This document shows positions 25,704-37,507 of a DNA stretch of 64,000 bases, in pieces. Both the position numbers and the translations under genes were made by a program. Under the pieces are notes generated by a model. That model ran no database searches. It was not told the origin of the DNA and saw only the letters and a program-made list of their open reading frames with translations. The stretch is taken from the NCBI GenBank assembly GCA_018817165.1, contig JAHITY010000128.1:5161-69160 (forward strand), written 5' to 3'. Every line of letters begins with the position of its first letter. Within the stretch, counting starts at the first letter, position 1. The stretch is from Candidatus Omnitrophota bacterium (GTDB lineage Bacteria > Omnitrophota > Gorgyraeia > B26-G9).

Positions 25704-26489
25704 ATGAAGGCATCAGATCTATTGGAAAAGGTCAGGTCGCAAAAACCGCTGATCCATCATATAACAAACTGGGTGACAATTTATGATTGTGCTAATATTG
25801 TTAAGGTTTTGGGGGCATCCCCGGTTATGGCACATGCGCCTGAGGAAGTTTCTGAGATGACCGGGATTGCTTCAGCCTTGGTATTAAATATCGGGACATT
25901 AACTGCGGAGTTGATTTGTTCGATGAAAATAGCGGCTTTAGCAGCGAATAAAAAAAACATACCGGTTGTGTTGGATGTATGCGGTGCTGGTGCCACAAAA
26001 TTCCGGGATGATAAAATAGTTGAATTGCTTGACCAGACGAAGATTAATATTATTAAAGGTAATGCTTCGGAAATCGCTCGGGTCGCGGGCATGGATGTGA
26101 ACACTAAAGGCGTAGATTCCGGGAAAGTAGATACTGATTTAACTTTGCTTGCCCAGAAGTTAGCTGAGCAAAGGGATTGCACTGTAGTGATCACCGGAAA
26201 AGTGGATATTATTACCAGTAAGAATAAAAATTTTAAAGTAAAAAATGGTAATGAAATAATGAGTCATGTTGTCGGTACCGGATGTATGGCTGCTTCAGTT
26301 ATTGGAACATTTGCTGCTGTGGGTGATGATTTAGCCGAAGCTGCTTGCGCTGGTCTTTGTGTTTATGCAATAGCGGCAGAACAAGCAGTTAAATTAGCAT
26401 CAGGCCCCGGGACTTTTAAACAAAGATTATTTGATTGTCTATTCTGCTTGGATTCAGCTACGGTTGATGCTAAGCAAAGGATTGAATAA
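25704..26489 (+). CDS. thiM: hydroxyethylthiazole kinase
   Basis: PLIHHITNWV, GASPVMA, LNIGT, KGNASEI, VGTGC; start ATG 25704 after aagga. Confidence 0.95.
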   Translation: MKASDLLEKVRSQKPLIHHITNWVTIYDCANIVKVLGASPVMAHAPEEVSEMTGIASALVLNIGTLTAELICSMKIAALAANKKNIPVVLDVCGAGATKFRDDKIVELLDQTKINIIKGNASEIARVAGMDVNTKGVDSGKVDTDLTLLAQKLAEQRDCTVVITGKVDIITSKNKNFKVKNGNEIMSHVVGTGCMAASVIGTFAAVGDDLAEAACAGLCVYAIAAEQAVKLASGPGTFKQRLFDCLFCLDSATVDAKQRIE

Positions 26490-27089
26490 ATGCAGGGTTT
26501 TTATTTTATTACTGATGATGCTTTAAGCGTTAACGGGAGTATCAGCGATGTAAAAGCCGCGGTTAAGGCTGGGGTTAAATTTATCCAGTATCGCAGTAAA
26601 AATCAATCTGTGAGAAATATGTACAGGCAAGCCAGGGAATTAAAGCAGACCGCTAAAGGGTCGATATTTATAGTTAATGACAGAATTGATATCGCATTGG
26701 CTGTAGGGGCAGATGGTGTTCACTTAGGTCAGGATGATATGCCCTGTGATTTAGCAAGAAAAATCCTCGGGCCAGATAAAATTATTGGCATTAGTATTCA
26801 TAATAAAGAGCAGGCTCTTTTGGCGCTCAAGCAAGGAGCAAACTATATTGGTATTGGAGCAATATTTCCTACTAATACTAAATCTGACGCCGATGTCTTG
26901 GGTCTAGAGATGATTGAGCAGGTAGCAAAGATTGTCTCGCTTCCGATTGTGGCAATAGGCGGTATTAATTTGGGCAATGTTAAACAAGTCAAAGCTGCCG
27001 GAGCGGATGCAGTGTGCGCAATATCTTCGGTAGTTACAAAACAGGATGTTGCTATGGAAATTTCAAAATTCCAAGAATTGTTAAAATGA
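26490..27089 (+). CDS. thiE: thiamine-phosphate synthase
   Basis: IQYRSK, VNDRIDIA, DGVHLGQDD, PTNTK, VAIGGI. Confidence 0.95.
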   Translation: MQGFYFITDDALSVNGSISDVKAAVKAGVKFIQYRSKNQSVRNMYRQARELKQTAKGSIFIVNDRIDIALAVGADGVHLGQDDMPCDLARKILGPDKIIGISIHNKEQALLALKQGANYIGIGAIFPTNTKSDADVLGLEMIEQVAKIVSLPIVAIGGINLGNVKQVKAAGADAVCAISSVVTKQDVAMEISKFQELLK

Positions 27090-27643
27090 AAAAATTATTA
27101 AATACGACATTAGATCAAATTGAGTTCGCGGTTGTTGATTTAGAAACAACCGGATTTTGTTCAAAGCGGGATTGTGTTATTGAGGTTGCCGCGGTTAAAA
27201 TAAAAAGCGGGGAGATTACAGAACATTATCAATCTTTAATTTATGCTGAGCATATCCCTTATCATGCGACGCGGGTACATGGGATAGATATGCGGATGAT
27301 CGAAGATGCTCCCTCTTTAAATGTAGTTAGGAATGATTTTCGTGAGTTTACTTCGGGATGTGTTCTGGTGGGGCATAATATTAAGTCATTTGACATGCCT
27401 TTTTTATGCAATGCATTTGAGGTTGAGGAAAATACTGTTTGTGTTGATACTTTAAAGTTATCCAGATTTTTGTTTGCTAAGGAACGTACGCATAAATTAT
27501 CAGTAGTGGCACAAAGACTGGGGATAAAAAGTGATAGATATCATAGGGCATTAGATGATACACTAGTAACCGCGCATATTTTTCTTGAGTTTTTAAAAAT
27601 AGGCAGCAGCCAGTTTAAGGTTTTAAAAGATATTATTGCTTGA
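27086..27643 (+). CDS. DEDDh 3'-5' exonuclease (DnaQ-like)
   Basis: VVDLETTG, VGHNIKSFD, HRALDD; ATGA overlap with the thiE stop. Confidence 0.9.
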   Translation: MKKLLNTTLDQIEFAVVDLETTGFCSKRDCVIEVAAVKIKSGEITEHYQSLIYAEHIPYHATRVHGIDMRMIEDAPSLNVVRNDFREFTSGCVLVGHNIKSFDMPFLCNAFEVEENTVCVDTLKLSRFLFAKERTHKLSVVAQRLGIKSDRYHRALDDTLVTAHIFLEFLKIGSSQFKVLKDIIA

Positions 27644-27684
27644 TTAACAATAAAATATTATAATAACCTTCAGGAGGGAGCACT

Positions 27685-28107
27685 ATGAAGCAGGGATTAA
27701 AAGTAGCATTTTTTATGGTTTTATGCAGCGGGTTTTGCGGTTTGGCGGTTCAAGGTTATGCTCAGCAGTCAGACAAAGAAATAGCAAAGAATCAAGTTGA
27801 ACAGGTTAAAAGAGAATTGGAAGATGTGAGCAATGAAGTAGCGGCTGCTGATTCGGAGAATGAAGCAGAATATCTAGAATCGCAATCTCAAGCGCAGAAG
27901 GATGCTGAGTTAGCTCAGCAGCAGATAGATAGCGAAATAGAAGCATTGCAGGAACAGACAAATCAAGATTCTGCGCAGCTAAGAGAATCATTTACCAAAG
28001 AAGAAGAGGCAAATATAAAGCAAGCTATGCAGGAATTTGAGTTGCAGACTTTAGAACTAGAAGAACAAGCGCAGATAATAGAATCAGATAATTTAGATCA
28101 AGAGTAA
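27685..28107 (+). CDS. hypothetical exported acidic coiled-coil protein
   Basis: RBS aggagg, signal peptide, E/Q-rich. Confidence 0.7.
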   Translation: MKQGLKVAFFMVLCSGFCGLAVQGYAQQSDKEIAKNQVEQVKRELEDVSNEVAAADSENEAEYLESQSQAQKDAELAQQQIDSEIEALQEQTNQDSAQLRESFTKEEEANIKQAMQEFELQTLELEEQAQIIESDNLDQE

Positions 28108-28128
28108 ACAAAGAGTATAATATTTAAA

Positions 28129-28347
28129 ATGGATAATAAACATAAAAAACTGGCGCAAAGAGAAGAAGAAAAAAGACAGTTTATCGTGCTGATTATGTTT
28201 TTAATTATTTTATTTTGTGGTTTATTGTTTATGAATAAGCGCTTTCGCCCGAAAATTAATCATAAACCTTCGGAATTCGAGGAAGATGTAAAGACTTATG
28301 ACGGTTCTTTGCAGCGGAATATATCGAATCCCTTTGGAGTGGAGTAA
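28129..28347 (+). CDS. small single-TM hypothetical protein
   Basis: One hydrophobic helix FIVLIMFLIILFCGLLFM. Confidence 0.6.
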   Translation: MDNKHKKLAQREEEKRQFIVLIMFLIILFCGLLFMNKRFRPKINHKPSEFEEDVKTYDGSLQRNISNPFGVE

Positions 28348-28397
28348 TAGTTTATAAGTTGTTTAGTATTTCGCGGTTTTTTTAAAAATGCCTAAAA

Positions 28398-28438
28398 AAA
28401 CAAACAAAATGCTTAAAAATTAAGCATTTTGTTTGTTT
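28398..28438. promoter_or_regulatory. long inverted repeat containing the 17-bp Fis/NtrC-like box (28410-28426); possible terminator
   Basis: aaacaaacaaaaTGCTTAAAAATTAAGCAttttgtttgttt upstream of carA. Confidence 0.5.
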
Positions 28439-28611
28439 TAATGCTTTAAATTGAAATTTTTAAAAAAAAGCTTTATCTTGGAAGTTTATTGTATTATAAT
28501 TATTTCTATTGTAACCCTTCAAAACTCCTGTTTTATATTAAGGTTCTGTTGCTATACATTAACACCTTCAATATAATTAAGTTAAAATTATAGAAATATT
28601 TAAAATTTTTT

Positions 28612-29724
28612 ATGAATGATATAAATGGCGAGCATAAAAGCAAAAAAGCAAAAATTGTTCTAGAAGACGGAAGAACTTTTCAAGGTTATTCTTTTGGGGC
28701 AACTGGCACTACCTTTGGCGAAGTTGTTTTTAATACCAGCATGGCTGGTTATCAGGAAATCCTTACTGACCCCTCATACAAAGGTCAAATTGTTACGATG
28801 ACTTATCCTCTTATTGGCAATTATGGTGTAAACAAGCAAGATGTTGAATCAAGCAAACCTTTTGTAGAAGCATTTATTGTTAAAGAATGTTCGCGAATTG
28901 CCAGCAATTGGCGTTCTAATGATACATTAGCTTCATATCTTAGAAAAAATAATATTATTGGGATTGAAGGTGTTGATACTCGCGCTCTGACTCGGCACAT
29001 TCGGCTAAAAGGGGCTTTGAAAGCAGTTATATCCACCGAAGATTTGGACGATAAAAGCCTGCTTGAAAAAGTTAATGCGTCTTCTGGGCTTGTGGGTATT
29101 GATTTAGTCAAAGAAGTTACTTGTTCCCAAGTTTATGAGTGGAATAATCAGGGGAAATATCATGTTATTGTCCTTGATTGCGGGGTAAAGTTAAATATTC
29201 TGCGTTCCTTGGTATTAAATAATTTTAAAGTAACTGTTGTTCCAGCACAGACAAGCGCAGAGGATATTCTAAAACTTAAACCGGATGGTTTAATGCTTTC
29301 CAATGGACCGGGAGATCCTGAGGCAGTTACCTATGTTATTGAGACTGTTAAAAAATTACTGGATAAGTTGCCGATTTTCGGAATATGCTTAGGTCAGCAG
29401 ATGCTGGGCTTGGCTTTAGGCGGCAAAACTTATAAACTTAAATTTGGACATCATGGCGGTAATCAGCCGGTTAAAGATTTAAAAACAGGTAAAATTGATA
29501 TTACTGTGCAGAATCATGGATTTTGCGTTGATATTGATTCTCTGAATAAAAATGATATTGAGATTACACATATGAATCTTAATGATAAGACTTTAGAGGG
29601 TATTAGACATAAAAAACTGCCAATTTTTAGTGTGCAGTTTCATCCTGAATCTTGTCCCGGCCCTCATGATTCCGCGTATTTATTCGCGAATTTTGGGGAA
29701 ATGATTAAAAAACATAAAAAGTAG
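28612..29724 (+). CDS. carA: carbamoyl-phosphate synthase small subunit
   Basis: [33 protein letters not shown]. Confidence 0.98.
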   Translation: MNDINGEHKSKKAKIVLEDGRTFQGYSFGATGTTFGEVVFNTSMAGYQEILTDPSYKGQIVTMTYPLIGNYGVNKQDVESSKPFVEAFIVKECSRIASNWRSNDTLASYLRKNNIIGIEGVDTRALTRHIRLKGALKAVISTEDLDDKSLLEKVNASSGLVGIDLVKEVTCSQVYEWNNQGKYHVIVLDCGVKLNILRSLVLNNFKVTVVPAQTSAEDILKLKPDGLMLSNGPGDPEAVTYVIETVKKLLDKLPIFGICLGQQMLGLALGGKTYKLKFGHHGGNQPVKDLKTGKIDITVQNHGFCVDIDSLNKNDIEITHMNLNDKTLEGIRHKKLPIFSVQFHPESCPGPHDSAYLFANFGEMIKKHKK

Positions 29725-29731
29725 AAAAAAT

Positions 29732-32700
29732 ATGCCCAAAAGAACAGATATAAAAAAAATATTAATTATTGGTTCAGGTCCGATTATTATTGGACAAGCT
29801 TGTGAGTTTGATTATTCAGGCACGCAGGCTTGCAAGGCATTGCGCGAGGAAGGGTTTGAAGTTGTTTTGATTAATTCCAACCCTGCAACAATAATGACTG
29901 ATCCAGAAATAGCAAATGCTACTTATATTGAGCCGATTACTCCGGAAGTATTGGAAAAGATTATTGCCAAAGAACGTCCGGATGCTTTGCTTCCTACCTT
30001 AGGTGGGCAGACAGCGCTTAATACGGCAATGCAGGCATACGAGCAGGGTATTCTTAAAAAATATAATGTTGAGATGATCGGTGCAAATATAGAAGCGATT
30101 CAAAAAGCAGAAGATAGAAAGCATTTTAAAGAAGCAATGATAAAGATCGGCATGGATCTGCCTAAAAGCGCTTTAGCTTATAATATGGCTGAGGCTAAAG
30201 ATGCTTTAAATCAAATAGGATTGCCGTTGATTATTCGTCCAAGTTTCACTATGGGCGGAACTGGCGGAGGGATTGCGCAAACTGAAGAAGAATTTGAAAA
30301 AATTTGTCAGCTGGGATTGCGCAATAGCATGATTAATGAAATATTGATCGAAGAATCAATATTTGGCTGGAAAGAGTATGAGCTGGAAGTAATGCGTGAT
30401 GTCAAAGACAATGTTGTTATTATTTGTTCAATTGAAAATTTTGATCCCATGGGAATCCATACTGGTGATTCGATAACAGTAGCTCCTGCTCAGACTTTGA
30501 CAGATAAAGAATATCAGATAATGCGCGATGCCGCTTTGGCGATTATTCGCGAAATAGGAGTGGAAACTGGCGGATCTAATATTCAGTTCGCGGTTAATCC
30601 TGAAAATGGCAGAATGATTGTTATTGAGATGAATCCGCGTGTTTCCCGCAGTTCTGCTTTAGCGAGTAAAGCCACGGGTTTTCCAATTGCTAAATTCGCG
30701 GCAAAATTAGCGGTAGGATTTACCTTGGATGAAATACAGAATGATATAACCAGAGAAACCCCGGCTTCTTTTGAGCCGACAATTGATTATTGTGTGGTAA
30801 AAATTCCTCGGTTTACTTTTGAAAAATTTCCCGAAGCCCAGGATATTTTGGGTATTTCAATGAAGTCAGTTGGTGAAACAATGGCGATTGGCAGAACATT
30901 TAAAGAAGCATTGCAAAAAGGTTTAAGAGGTTTGGAAATCGGCCATGTTGGTTTTGACAATAAAAATGATTTTCGAGAGATTGAGCAGGAGAAATTATTG
31001 CAGAGGCTTAAAGAGCCTAATGCTTCGCGTATTTTTTATATTAAATATGCGTTTCAAAAAGGCATGAGTTCTGAAGAGATTTGTAAATTAACTTATATTG
31101 ATCCTTGGTTCATTGATAATTTAAAGCAAATTGTTGAATTGGAAGAAGAAATAGTAAATCAAGGAAAAGATATTTTTCAGATTACTCCCGAATTATTGCG
31201 CAAAGCAAAAGAATATGGATTTGGCGATGAACAGTTGGCGAAATTACTGAATACTGATGAAATTACGGTCCGGAATCAAAGAAAAAAACTAGACATTACC
31301 GTAACCTATAAATTAGTCGATACCTGCGGCGCGGAGTTTGAAGCGTATACACCATATTATTATTCAACTTATGAGCAGGAAGATGAGACCCGCATTTCAA
31401 ATAAGAAAAAAATTATGATCTTAGGTGGCGGTCCGAATCGAATCGGTCAGGGAATAGAATTTGACTATTGTTGCTGTCATGCCTCGTTTGCTTTAAAAGA
31501 GCTGGGATTTGAAACAATAATGGTTAATTCAAATCCCGAGACTGTTTCTACTGATTATGATACTTCGGACAAACTTTATTTTGAGCCATTGACATTTGAA
31601 GATGTAATGAATATTGTTGATCGCGAAAAACCTGATGGAATTATTGTCCAATTTGGCGGGCAAACTCCATTAAACCTGGCAAGAAAACTGAAGGATGCCG
31701 GAGCCCCGATAATTGGAACTTCTGTAGAGTCAATTGATCGCGCTGAAGATCGGGACAAATTTTCACAGTTAATTAAAGAATTGGGAATTAATCAGCCGCC
31801 TAATGGATCAGCGACATCAAGAGATCAGGCAATTATTATTGCTAAAGAAATAGGATATCCGATATTAGTCAGACCTTCATATGTTTTGGGTGGTCGAGCG
31901 ATGAGGATTGTTTATAATGAAAAAGATTTAACAGAATTTATGGTCGAAGAAGCGGAAGCGATTGATGTCTCAAAGGAAAAACCGATTTTGATCGATAAGT
32001 TTTTAGAAGATGCTGTTGAAGTTGATGTGGATGCGCTATCTGATGGACATACTACGATTATTGGCGGGATCATGGAACATATCGAAGAAGCCGGAGTCCA
32101 TTCTGGAGATTCTGCCTGTGTGCTACCTCCGCATACTTTAAGCGAAAAGATTCTGGATATTATTAGAGATAATACTAAGCTCTTATCAAAAAAATTAGAA
32201 GTAATCGGGCTTTTAAATATACAATTCGCAATAAAAAATAATATTGTGTATGTGCTTGAAGTTAATCCTCGGGCATCGCGCACTGCTCCTTTTGTAAGCA
32301 AGGCGACAGGAATTCCTTTGGCAAAAATCGCCGCGAAAATTATGGTAGGTAAAACACTCGATGAATTAGGAATAAAAGACGAGAAAAAAATAAAACATGT
32401 CGCGGTAAAAGAATCAGTATTGCCCTTTTCCCGGTTTTCCGGAGTTGATATCATCCTGGGGCCTGAGATGAAGTCAACAGGCGAAGTAATGGGAATTGAC
32501 AAGACTTTTGGTATTGCTTTTTATAAGTCACAATTGGCCGCGGGATCAGTTTTACCTAAAACAGGAAAAATCTTTATTAGCGTTAGAGCGCATGATAAAA
32601 AAGCTATTGTTTCTGTTGGAAAAAAACTGGTTGAGTTAGGTTTTGAGATTATTGCGACAAAAGGAACATATAAGGTTTTAAATGATAATAATATTAAAGC

Positions 32701-32971
32701 AACTGTAATCGATAAAATCAGCGATAAGATCAGTGATAATAATGTGCTGGATTTAATCAGACAGGGAAAAATCAAGCTGATTATAAATACTCCGACGGGA
32801 CGGAAAAGCCAGTCAGATATGAAGTCGATAAGAAATGCTGCGGTAATGCATGGCATCTCATGTATCACAACTATCCAGGGAGCGCAGGCTGCGGTAAATG
32901 GAATAGAAGCAATATTGGAAAAAGATTTTTCAGTTACATCAATTCAGGAATTCATTAAGCATTCCGGATAA
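29732..32971 (+). CDS. carB: carbamoyl-phosphate synthase large subunit
   Basis: [30 protein letters not shown]; duplicated ATP-grasp domains. Confidence 0.98.
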   Translation: MPKRTDIKKILIIGSGPIIIGQACEFDYSGTQACKALREEGFEVVLINSNPATIMTDPEIANATYIEPITPEVLEKIIAKERPDALLPTLGGQTALNTAMQAYEQGILKKYNVEMIGANIEAIQKAEDRKHFKEAMIKIGMDLPKSALAYNMAEAKDALNQIGLPLIIRPSFTMGGTGGGIAQTEEEFEKICQLGLRNSMINEILIEESIFGWKEYELEVMRDVKDNVVIICSIENFDPMGIHTGDSITVAPAQTLTDKEYQIMRDAALAIIREIGVETGGSNIQFAVNPENGRMIVIEMNPRVSRSSALASKATGFPIAKFAAKLAVGFTLDEIQNDITRETPASFEPTIDYCVVKIPRFTFEKFPEAQDILGISMKSVGETMAIGRTFKEALQKGLRGLEIGHVGFDNKNDFREIEQEKLLQRLKEPNASRIFYIKYAFQKGMSSEEICKLTYIDPWFIDNLKQIVELEEEIVNQGKDIFQITPELLRKAKEYGFGDEQLAKLLNTDEITVRNQRKKLDITVTYKLVDTCGAEFEAYTPYYYSTYEQEDETRISNKKKIMILGGGPNRIGQGIEFDYCCCHASFALKELGFETIMVNSNPETVSTDYDTSDKLYFEPLTFEDVMNIVDREKPDGIIVQFGGQTPLNLARKLKDAGAPIIGTSVESIDRAEDRDKFSQLIKELGINQPPNGSATSRDQAIIIAKEIGYPILVRPSYVLGGRAMRIVYNEKDLTEFMVEEAEAIDVSKEKPILIDKFLEDAVEVDVDALSDGHTTIIGGIMEHIEEAGVHSGDSACVLPPHTLSEKILDIIRDNTKLLSKKLEVIGLLNIQFAIKNNIVYVLEVNPRASRTAPFVSKATGIPLAKIAAKIMVGKTLDELGIKDEKKIKHVAVKESVLPFSRFSGVDIILGPEMKSTGEVMGIDKTFGIAFYKSQLAAGSVLPKTGKIFISVRAHDKKAIVSVGKKLVELGFEIIATKGTYKVLNDNNIKATVIDKISDKISDNNVLDLIRQGKIKLIINTPTGRKSQSDMKSIRNAAVMHGISCITTIQGAQAAVNGIEAILEKDFSVTSIQEFIKHSG

Positions 32972-32981
32972 AGAGGATAGT

Positions 32982-34358
32982 ATGTGTGGAATATTTGGTA
33001 TTGCTGGACATAAAGAAGCGGCGCGTTTAACCTATTTAGGTTTATATGCTCTGCAGCACCGCGGAGAAGAAAGTGCGGGTATTGTCAGTTATGATAGAGG
33101 TAGAATAAATTCTTCTCAGGGCATGGGTTTGGTTGAGGACGTTTTTGATGAAAGCGCGATCCGGTCTTTAAAAGGCGCGATAGCCATAGGACATGTTCGC
33201 TATTCAACAACTGGATCAAGTCTGGAAAGAAACATTCAGCCGTTTCTGGTCAATCATAAAAAAGGACATATTGCCGTAGCGCATAATGGAAATTTGACTA
33301 ATACTAGTCATTTGCGGGGAACCCTAGAAGAGCAGGGTTCAATATTTCAGACAACAATGGATTCAGAAGCAATTGTTCATTTTGTCGCGCAATCAAAAGA
33401 TAAGGATTATCGCAAGAGAGTAATCCATGCTTTATCTAATTTAGAGGGAGCATATTCATTAGTTATGCTGCTTGATGATGTTTTAGTTGGTGCGCGTGAT
33501 CCGTATGGTTTTAGGCCTTTATGCTTGGGTAAATTAAACGGGGCTTATGTGCTTGCCAGTGAAACTTGCGCTTTAGATCTGATTCAGGCTGAATATATTC
33601 GCGAAATTGAACCCGGCGAGATTGTTTTTATTCGGGATAAAAAATTAGAATCAATCAAACCTTTTCCCAAACAAAAACACGCGTTCTGTATTTTTGAATA
33701 CATATATTTTGCTAGACCGGATAGCAACATTTTTGGTAAGAATGTTTATTTGACCAGAAAGCGTTTAGGGGAGGAAATGGCAAAAGAGTCGCCAGCTGAA
33801 TGTGATCTGGTTATGGCTATACCTGACTCAGGTAATGCCGCGGCATTGGGGTTTGCTAAAAAATCAAAAACTCCTTATGAAGAAGGAATGATCAGGAATC
33901 ATTATGTCGGTAGAACCTTTATTCAACCATCTCAGTTTATAAGAGATTTTCGCGTAAAAGTAAAACTAAATCCGATTAAAGATGTAATCAAAGGTAAGCG
34001 GTTGGCAATTATCGAAGATTCTATTGTTCGCGGGACAACAAGTAGAGCAAGAATAAAAACTATTCGTGAATCCGGAGCAGAAAAAATGCATATGCGCATT
34101 AGTTGTCCTCCGATCAAAGCGCCGTGTTTTTATGGAATTGATTTTCCCACAAAAAAAGAATTAATTGCCGCTAATTATACGGTCAAAGAAATAGAAAAAT
34201 TTATGGGCTTAGACAGCTTGAAATATTTAAGCCAAGAAGGTTTGTTGAAAGCAATGCTTTTGCCGGCCTGTGAATTTTGTACCGCGTGTTTTGATGGCAA
34301 TTATCCGACTAAAATTCCTAAGAAATTTTCCAAGAAAATGCTAGAAAAAAAGCGTTAA
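32982..34358 (+). CDS. purF: amidophosphoribosyltransferase
   Basis: MCGIFG, QHRGEES, HVRYST, EDSIVRGTT, FCTACF. Confidence 0.98.
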   Translation: MCGIFGIAGHKEAARLTYLGLYALQHRGEESAGIVSYDRGRINSSQGMGLVEDVFDESAIRSLKGAIAIGHVRYSTTGSSLERNIQPFLVNHKKGHIAVAHNGNLTNTSHLRGTLEEQGSIFQTTMDSEAIVHFVAQSKDKDYRKRVIHALSNLEGAYSLVMLLDDVLVGARDPYGFRPLCLGKLNGAYVLASETCALDLIQAEYIREIEPGEIVFIRDKKLESIKPFPKQKHAFCIFEYIYFARPDSNIFGKNVYLTRKRLGEEMAKESPAECDLVMAIPDSGNAAALGFAKKSKTPYEEGMIRNHYVGRTFIQPSQFIRDFRVKVKLNPIKDVIKGKRLAIIEDSIVRGTTSRARIKTIRESGAEKMHMRISCPPIKAPCFYGIDFPTKKELIAANYTVKEIEKFMGLDSLKYLSQEGLLKAMLLPACEFCTACFDGNYPTKIPKKFSKKMLEKKR

Positions 34359-34500
34359 ACAGAATATTTTATTTAAGAATTATCAAAAGGGATGACTTGT
34401 GGTAGGCTAATAGTAATGAATAAAAGAGTGTGTAGTGATTATTAAGGCATAGAAGTATAGTTAAACAAGTTTTTTGTGGAGTATCCTAAGAAACGAGTAG

Positions 34501-36102
<1,602 letters not shown>

Positions 36103-36106
36103 TAAA

Positions 36107-36814
36107 ATGGTAAAACAAGTAAAATCAGAAAAATCATATATCAATGCTTTGAGTAAAATCAGTAAAGCAATTACAAGTGATCTTTATCTTGAAGATATGT
36201 TAAAGCTTATTGTAACTGTTACCGCGAATGTTATGCACGCGAAAATTTGCGCGCTTTGGCTATTAGATGAAAAGAACCAAACTTTAAAAATTAAAGCTAC
36301 TCAAGCTTTGAGCAGTGAATATCTGAAGGAAAGATCAATTAATGTTGGGGAAGGCGTTGTCGGAATGGTTGCGAAAACTAAGCAGCCGATTATTATTGCT
36401 GATGTTCTTTTAGATCCGCAGTATAAAGAAAAAAAATTAGCAAAAAAAGAAAAGTTTGTTTCAATGCTTAGCGTTCCGATGATGGTTAAACAAAAAGTGA
36501 TCGGTGTTATTAATTGTTATACTACAAAAAAATACGATTTTGAAAAAAGCGATGTCGAGGTTTTAATGACTGTGGCTAATCAAGCAGCTGTTGCAATCGA
36601 AAATACGGAGCTGTTAGTTAAGACTAGAGTTATTCAGGAAGAATTGGAAACAAGAAAAAAAGTTGAAAAAGCAAAAGGGATATTGATGAAGGATCAGAAT
36701 GTTGATGAAGATGAAGCTTATAATATGCTGAGAAAATCAAGCATGTCTAAGCGTATATCTATGAAAGATATTGCTGAAGCAATCATTCTTTCTTTCGAGA
36801 TTAAGAAGGGGTAA
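36107..36814 (+). CDS. GAF + ANTAR domain RNA-binding antiterminator
   Basis: N-terminal GAF (GEGVVG.VA, SMLSVPM, ANQAAVAIEN); C-terminal ANTAR LETRKKVEKAKGILM...EDEAYNMLRKSSM..RISMKDIAEAII. Confidence 0.92.
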   Translation: MVKQVKSEKSYINALSKISKAITSDLYLEDMLKLIVTVTANVMHAKICALWLLDEKNQTLKIKATQALSSEYLKERSINVGEGVVGMVAKTKQPIIIADVLLDPQYKEKKLAKKEKFVSMLSVPMMVKQKVIGVINCYTTKKYDFEKSDVEVLMTVANQAAVAIENTELLVKTRVIQEELETRKKVEKAKGILMKDQNVDEDEAYNMLRKSSMSKRISMKDIAEAIILSFEIKKG

Positions 36815-36951
36815 TTAAAAAAAATATCAGAAAATATTTTTTAAAAAATAAAAAAGAACGTAATGATGAAAAAATTTTAAAAAGTTTTTTCGTTTTTTTT
36901 TATTTTTTTCTTGAAATTAGTATTTATAATGTTGTATATTATAAATTGTAG

Positions 36952-37013
36952 ATACAATATATAGTACAAACATATATTGTGCTTGCATTAGAAGACGTAC
37001 CAAGATATTGTGT
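36952..37013. promoter_or_regulatory. tandem NrdR-box-like sites
   Basis: atacaatatatagtac (36952), caaacatatattgtgc (36967), taccaagatattgtgt (36998) versus consensus acaCwAtATaTwGtgt; the last two are 31 bp apart. Confidence 0.55.
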
Positions 37014-37064
37014 AGGGGCAAACTTTTAGTTTAAAATATTACTGAAAGAAAGGGGGTGAATATT

Positions 37065-37202
37065 TTGGTAGTCAAAAAGAAAAAAGTAGCAAAGAAGGCA
37101 GTGGCTAAGAAAGTGGTAAAAAAAGTGGTAAAAAAAGCAGTGGCTAAGAAAGTAGTAAAAAAAGTAGCAAAGAAAGTAGTAGCTAAGAAAAAGAAAAAAT
37201 AA
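37065..37202 (+). CDS. histone H1-like Lys/Val/Ala-rich microprotein (45 aa, not in ORF track)
   Basis: TTG start after RBS agggggtga; MVVKKKKVAKKAVAKKVVKKVVKKAVAKKVVKKVAKKVVAKKKKK. Confidence 0.75.
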   Translation: MVVKKKKVAKKAVAKKVVKKVVKKAVAKKVVKKVAKKVVAKKKKK

Positions 37203-37430
37203 ACTTGGCTAGTTCATCTTTGATGAATACAGGATCCCAATTTTGATTAATTGAACAAGGATGTTATCAATTCCCAAAGGCGGGGAAATTAAGCGATCAA
37301 TGACCCGAAATTTTGTTCCTTGCCTTTGGGAGGGATCAAAGAAAAACTACCTAAAAACCTGCAATAATATTTTGTTCATATCTTTTTTAATATCTTTTGA
37401 TTTATATATTTAATAAGAGTATTTTCTTTC

Positions 37431-37459
37431 TTGACAATTTTAGCTTTAAAGTTTTAGAA
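37431..37459 (+). promoter_or_regulatory. sigma70 promoter of the HD-GYP gene
   Basis: TTGACA-N17-TAGAAT. Confidence 0.6.
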
Positions 37460-37507
37460 TAGGTATTAGATTGAATACGTTCATCGCTTTTCTTAGAAAG
37501 GAAAATA

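Noticed and set aside
25300-25704. TPP riboswitch before thiM-thiE
   Set aside because: No CTGAGA/ACCTG core seen; the region is occupied by the cupin CDS
37015-37050. c-di-GMP-I riboswitch suggested by GGGCAAAC upstream of HD-GYP
   Set aside because: The expected GACGCAAAG and second stem are missing
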